The notes under the pieces were generated by a model. That model was not told the DNA's origin. It searched no databases and worked only from the letters and a program-made list of their open reading frames with translations. The position numbers were made by a program, and so were the translations under genes. Positions 42,768-57,400 of a DNA stretch of 64,000 bases are shown piece by piece. Numbering within the stretch: the stretch's first letter is position 1; every line of letters starts with the position of its first letter. This stretch comes from the human T2T-CHM13v2.0 reference genome, Homo sapiens: assembly GCF_009914755.1 (NCBI RefSeq), contig NC_060929.1; one strand, given 5' to 3'.

Positions 42768-42887
42768 GGTCAGGAGCAGTGGCTCACGCCTGTAATCCCA
42801 GCACTTTGGGAGGCTGAGGATCATGAGGTCAGGAGATTGAGAGCATCCTGGCTAACACGGTGAAACCCCGTCTCTACTAAAAATACA
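42768..42887 (+). mobile_element. Alu left arm, part of a local duplication
   Basis: Left monomer preceded by the same L1 flank as the Alu at 44481. Confidence 0.85.
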
Positions 42888-43479
42888 TTACATATAAGCA
42901 TTGTGTAATGCTTCCCCTGCCTACACCACGTTCAGAATCATACACTCTTGCTCGTTCTTCTGGGATTCGGGGAGACATCTGCTCCTTTCACCTGATTTTA
43001 ATACCCAGTGTTCTAATCCAGGTCTCAATGTCTCTTGTATGGGTTACCTCAACCAGCCTCCGCATCAACATCCCAGCCTCCCCAAGGCATACACCATGGA
43101 CCTGAGTTGTTAGGTCATGGGCTATGTGTCTCCAGCTTTCAGAGAAACTCTGTAAAATCAGAGGAGCAGCACCTCTAATTGACTCTTCTATTTCTACCTG
43201 AGGCAACCGGATATGGTAGCAAATATTATACCCTATTTGCCCCTTACTTTAAAATCTATTGCTTCGTTATATAAACTTTTACTAGGTCTTAGATTTCTTT
43301 AGGTCTTGCCTTATTGGAAGAAATTCTGTGTGCAATCTTGCTGAAGAAGGTCCTCCTAAATGTAGGTAAAGGAAGGAAAAAAGCTGGTGCGGCTTCACCT
43401 GTAGATGAAATCCTGAACAGTACAGCCTTTTAGGAAAAAAAAAATGATAAAATTGGAAGTAGGAAACATCTCAAGAATA

Positions 43480-43644
43480 AAACTTTGGGGCGAAGTTTAG
43501 AAGGGGGATGAAGGATAAAAGACTACATATTGGGTAGAGTGTACACTGCTCAGGTGATGAATCCCCCAAAATCTCAGAAATCACCACTAAAGAATTTATC
43601 CATGTAACCAAACACCACCTGTTCCCCAAAAACAGTTGAACTAA

Positions 43645-43676
<32 letters not shown>
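43480..43676 (+). mobile_element. L1PB-like 3' end with poly-A
   Basis: AAAATCTCAGAAATCACCACTAAAGAA...GTAACCAAACACCACCTGTTCCCCAAAAAC and long A tail. Confidence 0.85.
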
Positions 43677-44480
43677 CCTCCATTCCCTGATTAGAAACCA
43701 CAAAAGGGGCCTTAAGAGGTTGTCTGTAAATAATGTACCTTGAATCTCTCAAGGTCTTTCATGCTGATTGACCATCACAGGAAATGGTATTCAAATCAGC
43801 ATCTATCATTTTCGGAAGGTTTATAAACTGACATTTTACTTTGCCAGAAATAGGAGACTCAGAATCCAATCTTGTTTGTGTCTTCTCTCGTGTTACAGAG
43901 GCAAATGAACTGATGAACCTGGCAGATTTCCCATCTTCAAACAATGATGGTTCATGCTGACACTCTGTCCCTGGCTGCAGAGGGCACCTCTTTTTTTGTT
44001 CACCTGACAAAAAACAACAATTGGATTGGTCTCTCCCAGACCACGTGGTCCTCACAGGCTGCCCATCATGGGCCTCAACTCCCCTGACCACGTGGGACAG
44101 GCACAAGACCCACAGTACTCTGTTCAGACTCTCTCTCAGGCATCTGAAATTTCCATGGAGACAGAAGGACAAAAGGACAGAGCTGTCTTTTCAACAAATG
44201 TTGCTGGGAGAACTGGATATCTACTTGCCGAAGAATGAAGTCATACCCTTATCTCACAGTATCTACAAAAACTAGCTTAAAATAGACTAAAGAGCTAAAC
44301 GGAAAAGTTAAAATTATAAAACATAAGGAGAAAGCTTCATGGCATTGGATTTGGCAGTGATTTCTTCTTTATGACACTAAAAGCACAGGCGACAAAAGAA
44401 AAAAGACGGAAATTGGACTCCAAAATGAAGAATTTTGCACATCAAAAGGCACTGTAAACAGAGTAAAAAGACAACCTATA

Positions 44481-44769
44481 GGCCGGGCGCGTGGGGCTCA
44501 CGCCTGTAATCCCAACACTTTGGGAAGCCGAGGCGGGTGGATCATGAAGTCAGGAGATCGAGACCATCCTGGCTAACACGGTGAAACCTTAAAAATACAA
44601 AAACAAAATGAGCCGGGCGTGGTGGCGGGCACCTGTAGTCCCAGCTACTAGAGAGGCTGAGGCGGGAGAATGGCGTGAACCCAGGAGGCGGAGCTTGCAG
44701 CGAGCCGAGATCGCGCCACTGCACTACAGAGCAAGACTCCGTCTCAAAAAAAAAAAAAAAAGAAAAGAA
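44481..44769 (+). mobile_element. AluY
   Basis: AluY diagnostics; TSD AAAAAGACAACCTATA at 44465-44480 and 44770-44785. Confidence 0.95.
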
Positions 44770-45287
44770 AAAAAGACAACCTATAGAATGCGAGAAAATG
44801 TTTGTAAATCAAATTCCTAATAAAAAATTAATATTCATAATATGTAAAGGACTCCTATAACTCAACAACAACAATTAAAAACTAGGCAAAGGACTTCAAT
44901 AGACATTTCTCCAAATAAGTTATACAAATGGCCAATGAGCCCAGGAAGAGATGTTCAGCATCACTAATCATTAGGGAAATGGAAACCAAAACCACAGTGA
45001 GATCCCACCTCACACCCATTAGGATGGCTACTATCAAACAAGCAGAGAATAGCAGGTGTTGGTGAGGATGTAGAGGGATTGGAAGGAACTCTTGCGCATT
45101 GCTGGTGGAAATGTAAAATGGTGCAGCTACTATGGAAAGCAGCACAGAAGTTCCTCAAAAACTTAAAAATAGAATTACCATATGATCCAGCAATTTTGTT
45201 TCTAGGTGCATACCCAAAGGAATTGAAGGCTGGAACTCAAAGAGTTATTTGTACACCTATGTTTGCAACAGCATCATTTACAGTAGT

Positions 45288-45677
45288 GTGAAAAGATCAC
45301 CGTGGGCATGTTAACATTTTAAAGCATTTATGTGAGCATACAATGATTCATGAATCTGGTAGCACCAAACTGCAAGTAGTTTGGGCTCCACCAAGAGGGT
45401 GTGAGGGGAAAATTGTTAAAAGGTGATCATGAAAGCAAGACAAAGAAAATATTTGATTGGCTAAGGCAGGAAGTCTCCAGTTAGAGGTCAGCTGGAGGTT
45501 TCTGATTGGTAAATTCTGTAGTGAGAGTTTAGTTAGCAGTTTCTGAATGGTTAAGCTGGGGTTTCATTTTCCCAGGCTATGGTCACTCACACTGAATGGG
45601 GTTTCAGTTTGCTTATGTAGGAATCCAAGGTGCTGGGTTCTCAGCCAAATGGACTCCAAATTAATTGTTTTTAACAA
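45288..45677 (-). mobile_element. ERV1 (MER4-group-like) solo LTR
   Basis: TG...CA-bounded insert interrupting the L1 (GTAG/ATAG flanks) with repeated GATTGG/CCAAT boxes. Family not determined. Confidence 0.6.
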
Positions 45678-45993
45678 TAGCCAAAAGGTTAATCAGCTCA
45701 AATGTCCACTGATGGAATGAGTCAATTAATTTGTTTACTTGTCCATGAATGAGTAAACAAAATGTGGTATATACATACAATTAAATATTATTCAGCCTTA
45801 AAAAGGAAGAAAATTCTGACCCATGCCATAATGTGGATGAACTTTGAAGACATTACGCTAAGTAAGATAAGCCAGTCACAAAAATAACAAACTCTGTGTG
45901 ATTCCCCTCATAGGGGGTCCATAGTCAAATTCATAGAAACAGAATAGTGGTTGTGGGGGCTGGGCAGAGGGGGAGTCATTGTCTAATTTGTGG

Positions 45994-46385
45994 TGTTAAA
46001 TTAAGCTTAGCCTAAAGCTGACTGCTTACATATTTTAAGTTTAGCCTAAAGATCCCTCCATACATGGTGAACTGTCTCCTAACTGGATGTATGAACAGAT
46101 TGTAACCTACTCTTGTACCAGTCACTGAGTTTCTGCAAATCAAAGGTGACCAGACCCTGTTTAAATACGGCAAACATTGAGCTGTAGCCAATACAGTAGT
46201 TTCTGCACCTCACTTCCAGTTTCTGTACATTACTTTCCTTTTTCTGTCCAGCGATCTTTGACCATGCTGCAGCAACGGGGTCTCTCTGAACCTATTCTGG
46301 TTTAGGAGACTGCCCAATTCATGAATCTTTCTTTGTTCAATTAAACTCTGTTAAATTTAATTTATCTGAAGTCTTTATTTTAACA
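45994..46385 (+). mobile_element. MER57-like ERV1 solo LTR
   Basis: TGTTAAATTAAGCTTAGCCTAAAGCTG ... TTTTAACA. Confidence 0.75.
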
Positions 46386-47658
46386 ATTACAGAGTTTCAG
46401 TTTTGCAAAATATAAAGAGTTCTGTGGATAGATGGTGGTGATGGTTTCACAACAATGCAATGGTAGTCAATGCCACTGATCCATACCCTTAAACAGAGTG
46501 AAAATTGTCAATTTTATATTATTTTATCACAATAAAAAGAAAAGGAGGTCAGAGCTGAGCCATCAGGCAACAGCCTCCAGAGTGTTGCTCTGTCATTGTG
46601 TGCTGTTGAAGCCCCCGGTGCTTCCCTGACCCCTCCATGGCAGACCTGAAGGTTCGGCGCTCTTTTCTAGCCTGTGAGTGCCCCGTTATGTTTACCATCA
46701 AGTCCTCTTTCGGACGAAGTCACCCAGGGTAGGCTTCCTTTTGCCAAAGAGCATTCCCTGAAATGCCAGCATTCTACATAAAGTGGCTGCAGCTATCTGC
46801 CTACCAGAGAGCCATCCCCAAATTGTTCTATGGAAAAAAGAATACCTGCCGTTTGCTTGCCACCCCTTATGCACCCTGCTGCCACCTCGTTCCAGGGTCA
46901 TCCTAAGTCCTCCAGAATGAAGATTTATTTGGCAGTACATTCATGTTTTTATTTTGGTTTCTGTCTAATATTCTTTCCTATTTTCATTCCTGTAGTGGCA
47001 GGTACCACAGCTCATGGGCCAGTAAAAGCTACCAATTGCACCAGTCCTGATTCCTGGGCATGATGTGATAGTCTTCACTCATCCTGTCTGGGTGAGGAGC
47101 TTGTGCAGACATCATCTTCATCTTACCCAAGAGAAAACGGAGGCTCCAAGAGGGGAGGGGATTTTCCCAAAGTCTCAGAATGAATAAGATGATGGAGCCA
47201 GTGTCTTGCCCAGCCCTGTCTAACTTCAAAGACCATAATCTCTATCCATTGGAGAAAGCGTGGCTGGGATGTTCTGTATATCGGAGTAGCTCTTGGATCA
47301 AATGCTAAAGAGCCAGAGATAACTCTCCAAATCACATAGATTGATTTGAGACTAAGACTCATTATTATTACTTAAAAAATATATTTTTTAAACTACTTAT
47401 GGCATGAAAAGCAAATTTGCAAATTGAAACAAGGCAGTCAATAGATCAACAGATGTCATTTTTTAAAGCCAAATTGAACACATTCACTAGAGCATATGAG
47501 ACTCAGTGGCAGAGCAAGAGATCATGAAATTAAATTAAATTTACTTTAATTAATGTATAAATCTACAATTTAATTAATTGGGTTAAATTACTGCAAAACA
47601 CAGCCAATCTCAAATGGAGGGATTTCTGAATCAAAGCCAGTATAAAAATGTTGTTCTA

Positions 47659-47893
47659 ATGAGAACACATGGACACAGGGAGGGGAACATCACACACAGG
47701 GGCCTGTCAGGGGGTCGAGGGGGAAGGGGAGGGAGAGTATTAGAACAAATACCTAATGCATGTGGGGCTTAAAACCTAGATGACGGGTTGATAGGTGCAG
47801 CAAACCACCATGGCACATGTATACCTATGTAACACACCTGCACGTTCTGCACACGTATCCCAGAACTTAAAGTACAATTTTTAAAAAAAAAAA
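47659..47893 (+). mobile_element. L1PA 3' end
   Basis: GAGAACACATGGACACAGGGAGGGG...AGAACTTAAAGTA followed by an A tail. Confidence 0.92.
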
Positions 47894-48369
47894 GTTCTTC
47901 TATATTTGCTGCAACATAATCAATGTCATGTTATTGCTCATATATGTCGCAGTGAACACACACGCCTAAAAAATAATGATGGCTACAAAACCAACACAGT
48001 GAGAAGGAAACTAATGTTTTGTTGGTGCCCTCTATGGGCCAACTGTGATGAAAGTTTTATCATCCTTGTTTTGAATACGAAGAAACTACAGCACTGAAAT
48101 ACTTGTTAACTAGCCTGAGGTCATATACTAAGAAGAGGCAAAGCTGAGATTCATACTTGATTCTATCTGATTCCAAAGTCTGGCCTTGTTCCATGATCTT
48201 TCAAGTTAACGTATTCATTTATCCGATGACGTATTTATACACACACAGTACACACACTGCTCCTAAATCACCGTGGACTTATTTACAATTTATAATTGTA
48301 ATAATTGCTATGAAAGAAAGCAAACAATAGGAAGCATTAAGAGAAAATACAGACTGGGGGTGACCTTTT

Positions 48370-49110
48370 TGGTAAATTATTGTTCATAATATTTGCTGCC
48401 TTTCCTTGGGAGAATATTCTACTTGCCCAGCTCATTGACTTCAGGCTTAGCTATGGGACTTTATACATCCCTAAGGAACACATGCTTTGTACTCTATGGG
48501 ACTATTATAGGTCCCCACCCTGGGGAACTGGGGAGTGTCCATGTGACCTGATTTAGCCAAGGCTGGAGAGAAGTGTATTATTGCCAGGAAGAAGCCTGGT
48601 TTTTATGCTTAAGGCTCACCAACTTTCTCCACTCCGCCCTAAGTCCAGCAATGTCCCAGTGAAGGCTGTTCATCAGCCTGTGTCCCAGAGTGAAGTCTTT
48701 GTGAACAGGAGCTGCAGCTGGCCCTCGATAGAATTGTCATTGTTGGACCAGGCACAGTGGCTCATGCCTGTAATTCCACCACTTTGGGAGGCCCAGGTGG
48801 GTGGATCACTCGAGGCCAGGAGTTTGAGACCAGCCTGGCCAACATGGCAAAACCCCGTCTCTACTAAAATCCAAAAGTTAGCTGGGCGTGGTGGGACACG
48901 ACTGTAATTCCAGCTACCTGGGAGGCTGGGGCATGAGAATTGCTTGAACCCGGGAGTGGCCGAGATCGCGCCACTGCACTCCAGCCTGGGCGACTGAGCG
49001 AGACTCTGTCTCAAAGACAAAACAAAACAAAAAAGAATTGTTATTGTTGTAAGTCACTGAGATTCGAGGGTCATTTGCTAGCACAACATAATTTAACCTA
49101 TCCCGATGGA
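48370..49110 (+). mobile_element. Old MLT1 LTR interrupted by an Alu
   Basis: CCATGTGACCTGATTTAGCCAA and TTGTAAGTCACTGAGATT...GCACAACATAA. Confidence 0.6.
48746..49033 (+). mobile_element. AluS
   Basis: TSD AGAATTGTnATTGTTG. Confidence 0.93.
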
Positions 49111-49533
49111 TGAGCCTTCTTAACTTGGGGGTGAGTGAAGACCTCTTGGAAGAAGTGACGTTTGAGCTGAGACCTGAATAAAGGGAAGGATTCTATCTGT
49201 GAAAGAGCCAGGAGGGGAGAGATTTCCAGACAGTGCAAAACAGCCAGCGCACAAGCCGCGGGGTGGGAAAGAACTCAGCACACTTGAGGAAAGGAGGCCC
49301 GAGTTACCGAGCTGACGAGAGTGGTGAGGGATGAAGCCAGAGATATGTCCACGCCTGAGCACAAGGGCCTCGCCAGCCACGTGAGGAGGTTGGGCGGCAT
49401 TCCATGTGTGACAGGAGGACACCCAGGGAGCCAAGCGGTGGAACGATGTGGTCAGATTCAAGCATGTAAGATTGTCCTCAATGCTGGGTAGTAGAGGAAG
49501 CAGGGAAACCAAGTAGGAGGCTTTGTTCAGGCC

Positions 49534-50712
<1,179 letters not shown>

Positions 50713-50878
50713 CAAGGTACATTTTTGAAGGTGGAAATAATGGAAGTTTCTATTGGATTAGACATAGGTTATAATGGAAAGGGAGGAATTAAAGAGGAAA
50801 TTCTCAAAATTGTGTATCATGCACTCTGTTCAATGCTTTCATGGATTATTGCCTCATTTCATCTTCACCAAAGTCCCA

Positions 50879-51900
50879 TGTATCAGTTGGGTCCCCTGGG
50901 ATGCAGACACTGAGACAGAATTAAGAATATAAGAAGTTTATTAGGGGTAATATCTGTGGATGATAAAAAGGAGAGGAAGCAGGATTAGGCAGGGAAAAGA
51001 CTGCGAAGCAGATGTGACAGAAGATTCAGCCACCCCAACCCAATAGGGATCTTCAGAGCAAAGATTTCCCATCACAAGCATCATGCATTGGCAGAAATAG
51101 TCCCTAGTGTTCCCACCATGCTTGGTCGTTGGCTGGCGGGAACTAGAAACAGTGTGGCCTCTGCTCAAAAGTGAAGGTGGACCCTGAAGGCTCTGACAGC
51201 TAGAAGCTGTCAGCTAAATTCACTCCTCACAGTGAAACAGCAAGTTCTTATTTGAAGGGAGATCCAAGCCGCTCAGCATGCTCTGTAATGTACAATTTCT
51301 AACCATATTTCTCAAATTAGGAAACGGAGGTTCAAAAATCAAACTTTGAAACATTGCCTTGAATGGGACAACATAGACTCTGGCTCTGCTCCTCTAACAT
51401 CATGGTCTCTGCTGAATTATGGTGAGTACTTGTGGCAGAGACTGAAAAAGCTGGCTCCCTCAGCACCCATTCCAGTGCCCTCGAAGCTTGCCTCACAGCA
51501 CAATAGGGGATGAAGAGCTAAAAAGCAAAGTCTCAGATTCCTTTGCAGTGTGGGTACAGGTGCGTGACCTGGTTTAGGCCTGTCTGATGTACCACTAGAC
51601 TTGGTCATGACTGTCAGAAGTGAAAGGTAGGACTGTGGCAGATAAGAGGCTCACCTGGACAGCTCTGTGGCTTAGTCCCTAGACCTACAGGTGCCGAGTG
51701 GCAGGTGGTTAACAGCTGCATTGTTTTTGCTAGAACAACCCTTGATATGACTGACTGATTCTCCCAACTGTGCTGTGCCTGGTTCTTTAAACACTCCAGA
51801 GTTTTGCAAACTATCCAATATCCTTTAACAAATTACTTTCTGTTTACTCTAGGAGGAAGGACCTCTGTTGTCTGCAATAGAAAGCCTTGAGATTCACGAT
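50879..51900. mobile_element. Two old ERVL-type LTR remnants (~50879-51270 and ~51431-51900)
   Basis: GCAGACACTGAGACAG...TTTATT antisense end and a TGTGGCAG...AAATTACTTTCTG sense element. Family uncertain. Confidence 0.45.
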
Positions 51901-52816
51901 ACTGGCTAGAGTACACTGAGCCATACGGACACAAATGCACTATTTAGCAGGGAAATTGAATTGAAATCCAAGTGCATTTTTCAAGCTCTGGCGTACTGCG
52001 CTGCAGCATTTCTCCTAAATGAATTGAACACATTTTGGCCTTAGCTGCATGCAAACATGTCTAAAAAAATCAAGTACACACCTGGCAGGCAGTGTGTTGG
52101 TTAAAAGGGTCTCAGGTCTCCTAGAAATTGCCATGCAAGAACCAGACTTTTTTCCAGCTGTATGCAAATTAACCATCAGCATCTTTAAACAAAGCAAAAT
52201 ATTAACTGAAAAATCGAGTGCCTCAGCTACAACACAGAATAGGTGTTCACAGATTTTTGTTTAATACAGGGCCCTCTTAAAAAGTCCCATTTTTATCTAT
52301 GATGTAATCCAGAGAATGTGTATGATTTTTTTCCTCCCTACCTGTCCACCAAAATCAAATCAAAGGCCTTTTTCCTCAAGGAAGTTTCCACATTACGCAA
52401 CAGCCAACAATGTCAAGAGCTGATTTGCAGGCTGAGCTCAGTCACATTAGGGACTTCTTCCTATGCAAGCGGGGCTGTTGAAGTCAACAGTGAGATTAGT
52501 AAGGGGGAGAGTCATGCACCTGGAAACAAAAACCTGGACCCTCCTCGTAGCCCTGCAAAACGACGCTGACAGTGTGCAAGCTCTCCCTTCCCTGAGCCTC
52601 TCTGTCCTCCTCTGCAACCCTGCCTCAAGCGGTCATTTTCAGGATTGCACTGAAAATCTGACAAAGCAGGAAGCTGATATGGTCTACAGAGGTACTGAAT
52701 TGAGGTAAACAGAAATTTCAGAGGCCACCTCTGCATGGAGAAGCTACAAGCAGAACCGTTCAGTGCATCACCACCTCGGACCACACCTCCCCAAGTCATC
52801 CAGACCCCAGAGCCGC

Positions 52817-53195
<379 letters not shown>

Positions 53196-53199
53196 TCAA

Positions 53200-53620
53200 A
53201 AATCCTATCTGTTCAATGGATGAAAAATCCAGCTTCCTTATACAATGGAATACTACATGACAATGAAAAGGAACAATGCACTGATGCACGCAGCAACGTG
53301 GAGGAATTTCACAGCCATTGTGATAAGCAAAACAAGACAGACACAAAAGACATGCTATAGGGATTCCATTGATTGGGCATGCTAGAAAAGGCTAAGCTAA
53401 TTTAGAGTTACAGAAAGCAGACTAATGGTTGTTGGGGATTGGGGCTTGACTGCAAAGGGACACAAGGGAAACTTTTTTGGACACTGGATATATTCTAAAT
53501 TTCAATTGTGATAGCAGATATACAAATGTATATAACTTGGTCAAAACTCAATGAACTATACAACTTACCGTGAATTGTGCAGTGTGTGTTATATAAACTA
53601 TGCCTCAATAAAGTCAACAA
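53200..53620 (+). mobile_element. L1M 3' end
   Basis: CAATGGAATACTAC ... GTCAAAACTCA ... CCTCAATAAAG. Confidence 0.75.
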
Positions 53621-54488
53621 GAAGAATCCTGTCAGGATGACTAAGACTTTCTATGTGAAAACCCCCTTTCTATGTGTTCCTCTTTAAATACATGCCCCCT
53701 TGTTCTCTCTGAGGGCATAGATAGTTTTGCTGCCACTTAAACCTGAATTATAGTTATCCTCATCACAAAATGTTGTCTGAGAAAAATATGTAGGCTCTGC
53801 ACTTACTTTCTGTGTGACTTTGAGTATAATACTTCACCTCTCTGTGATTCAGTTTCCACATGTGTACTATGGAAACAGCAGTACAAAGAGGGCTCAGCAA
53901 CACAGCTTACACAAGAGAGCCCAGCCCAGAGCTGGGTATATGCTGTGTGCTCAATAAACCCTGGTTTCCCGTCTTCATGCCATCAGTTATGGCTCTTTAG
54001 ATTGCATATAACAGAACATCTGGCCCAATTTATTCAGAGGTGAGACTAATGGCAGAAGAGCCCAGAGCTTGTACTGACTCCAGAAGGTCAGCATCGAGGC
54101 CAGGCACTGGATTTCTCTCCCTCTCTCTGCCATGCACTTGGGTATGTCAGCATAATCCTCTGGCCCCATGTGCTGCACTCCCTCCCAGCAGCACCCACCT
54201 CTCCCTTTGGGCCTCCAGAGCTCTCTGCCTCCCATGCCATCCTGAAGGCCCTCTCTCTGTCCCCAGTTGGAACACATGCCTTTTGTCTTAGCCAAGAACT
54301 GCAGCTATGGGCACGTAACATGCTAGTAGGATTAAGCAAATCATCCTGGAGCTGAAATCTGGATTCTATGCTCTCCAACCAAGTGGCTGCTACAAACTGG
54401 GGTACAAGTGACTGCTTCTCTCAGCAGAAGAAGGGGAGTAATGATATGGGAAGATAATCAACGAATGTCCATTGAACACATTCTGTCT

Positions 54489-55040
54489 GTCAGGGAGTTC
54501 ATCAGGAAACAGAAAATACAGAAGTTATTTTAACAGAGGATTTAATCTAAAGAATTGTTTAAACAGGTGACAGAACACTGAAGCCATCACAGTGTAGCAA
54601 CTGCAGGAATCAGCTACCATTCCTAATACCAGGGGAATGAAGAGGAGAGGCTGGGATTATGAAATCGGAGAGACTCGGGGAAAAGAGAGCACTTTTTGGC
54701 TGGTGCTCCTGGCCCTGAGCTTAGAGGAGAGGCCCTTTGGTTCCAGGACCCAGAACCCTGAGGAGAGGTGCTGGGATCTCTAAAGGGGTGTAATGGGGCT
54801 GAATCAGGGTGTGTGGAAAAAACCTAGCTCTTGGATGAAGAAGCAAGGCTGTAGTGATGCCAACAAGAATAAGATGCAGACAGGAAGGGACATGTCTCTC
54901 CTTCTGCTTTCAGTCTTTCCTCCCTCCCCGGGTCTGCATTAGAGCCAGCTGGCAAAGCACAAATGTGGCTTACAGAGTCATAGAATCACAAAGCATTGCA
55001 CAAAAAAATTGGGTTTGGAGCAGACAGAAGATTACTTAAC
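54489..55040 (-). mobile_element. Old ERVL/MaLR LTR remnant
   Basis: GTCAGGG..TTCATCAGGAAACAGAA ... ATTTAAT..AAGAATTG motif. Confidence 0.45.
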
Positions 55041-55424
55041 AACTAGCCCCCAAACTATTCCACAATCAGGGTATCAGTGAGGACATTTTCGCTGCAAGAA
55101 GTAGTAACTCCAACTTAATTAGCTTAAGCAATGAAAACATTTTCTTCCCCAGGAAGAGCTACTCCAGATTTGCTTAATAATTCAACTGTTCAACATTGCT
55201 GTTAAGGACAACGTTTTTCCCATCTTGGAGGAGATGCTTCTTGGTTATGGAACCCAGAACACTAAGGGGGAGTGCTGGGGTCCACACTGTGGATATGTGT
55301 GTGGATATATCACATATGTGGATATGCATATAGGCACCTCAGGAGATTTGCTGTCATGCATATACATATATACTATATGTGTATATATATATGCTGTATA
55401 TATGGGTGTGTATATATAGAAAGA

Positions 55425-55535
55425 AAATTTATTTTATTTTTTAATTTTTATTTTTAGTTCTGGGGTACACATGCAGGATGTGCAGGTTTGTTACATAGGT
55501 AAATGTGTGCCGTGGTGGTTTGCTGCACCTATCAA
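55425..55535 (-). mobile_element. Short L1PA 3' end fragment
   Basis: TTCTGGGGTACACATGCAGGATGTGCAGGTTTGTTACATAGGT. Confidence 0.85.
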
Positions 55536-56349
55536 GCAAATTCATTATAAATATACTGACATAAAGGATGTGTAGAGCAAAATTTACAAATGATTATAAA
55601 TTTTACAATACTCCTTATTCTAAGTTTCATATAGGCAACTGGTTCTCACAGGATACTTTCATTGATTTTTGCCAAACTCTTGGATTCTTAGCCAACCTAT
55701 GGTTGCAACTGATCAAGTTTAGTTCAGGCATCACCTTGCTTGATGTAGTAAGACAAACTGAAACCATAAAGATGTATGTGTGAACTTCACTTATTAGCCA
55801 ATAACATGAGCATCTCCCATAATTGAGCTAAAAAAAAAAAATCTCTATCTGGAGCCCTCTTTCCACCGGGGTGATTGAATGTTTATCTTAGTTAATTCGA
55901 AGTTTACCTACCTCCTCATTTTCTAGGGATTACATCTAATTTCCAGGACATAGTGGGAGGGCCCCTGTGATCTTGCGACAGTTCAAAGAGCTCACTGGTT
56001 ACATAGTTGCTCATCCGTCTGTCAGTACTTGTGTTTACACATCCCTCATTCCTGTCCGTGGGACACTTTGGATCTGCTAGCTGTTTTCATATCCCACACT
56101 GAGAGCCCAAGAATCTCCATGAAGCGAAGTCCCCATCTCCCAAGACTCATCACCATGCTCTGTCAGGAAGCAGGATGCAGATTCCTTCTCCGTGGAGCAC
56201 ATTAATATCTGAGTTTTCCACGTTTTCCCTCTGCTCTCCTCTTCCTTCAGCCTGATGAAATCATTTCCATTCTGTGGGAGCAGTAAATCCTGACATGCCT
56301 TAAACGCCCTGATCCAGCTTAGCTGAGAGTGCAAGGGAAACTGGCTCAC

Positions 56350-57400
56350 TCTTTGAAGAAAAATAAAGCTGAATTCCTACCTCTCATACCGCATACAAAC
56401 TCTAGACAGATTTTAGATTACATTTTACCTTCTAGATGAATGAAAGACCTGAATGTGAGGTGTAAACTATACAACGAAAGCATTAAACATTAGAGCAAAC
56501 CTTTTAAGCCCAGTGTTGAGGGAGACCTTCTCTAATAAGACGTCAAAAGGCCAAAACAAAAGAAAAACAAATTAATGGATTTAATTACACCGATGTTCGA
56601 AATAATCTGTTCAACAAAAGTACACTGGAGACAAAACTAACAGGAGGATGACAGGTTGGGGGGAGATATTAGCAATGTTTTTGGCAGACTGGGAACACTT
56701 ACAAAGATATAAAGAAAGGAAAAAAGGCAACAAACATAAAGAAGTGCTAATAAGTAGAGGAGAAGATTCTCAAATTTTTTAATAACCAAAGAAATACAAA
56801 TTAAAATGACAATATAGCACTTTATTCCCATTAGATTGGCAAAACTTAGAAAGAAGAATAACACCAGGTCTTGGTGAGATATGAAAAAAACAGGAGCATT
56901 TTTGCACACTGGTGATGAGTTATACAATGACATCATTCTGGAAAGTCCTCTGACAGTGCTATCTAAATTAGACATGCAGGTATCTACAGAAATTTCACCC
57001 TTGGATATGTTTCTGGAGTCCTTATTAAACAAGACCATAATTGGATATACGTTAATAAGTTTTTGCAGGGTTTATGGTACTGAGAAGTACCACAACACAT
57101 CCTAGGTAGTAGATAAGTAAAATGCATCCTAGGTAGTAGGTAAGTAAAACGTGGTGGCTCTACTCCAGGGAATTTTATCAGGAGTTAGAAAGAACAAACT
57201 AGATCTATACAAAACAACATAAACAGATCCCAAGCACTCAGAAGTGAGTGACAAGTGAGAAAGCAAATGGGATCTCCAAAAGAATACCATTTTTATAACT
57301 TAAAACCATAGGCCCAAAGCATTACATATTCTGCAAAGATATTTTGTAACGTGTTAGAGCTGTTGCCTACAGAGGACAGGAAAACAGAAATGGAGGGCGG
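56350..57400 (+). mobile_element. Old L1M (L1ME-like) ORF2 3' portion
   Basis: AAAGACCTGAATGTGAGG and AAAGAAATACAAATTAAAATGACAAT...TTAGATTGGCAAAA. Confidence 0.7.

Larger units (their letters stand above)
44180..46540 (+). mobile_element. L1MB-like 3' portion with nested Alu and two LTRs
   Basis: Decayed ORF2 C-terminus ([14 protein letters not shown]...IELPYDPAI) and 3' UTR CAGAGTTTCAGTTTTGCAA. Confidence 0.8.
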
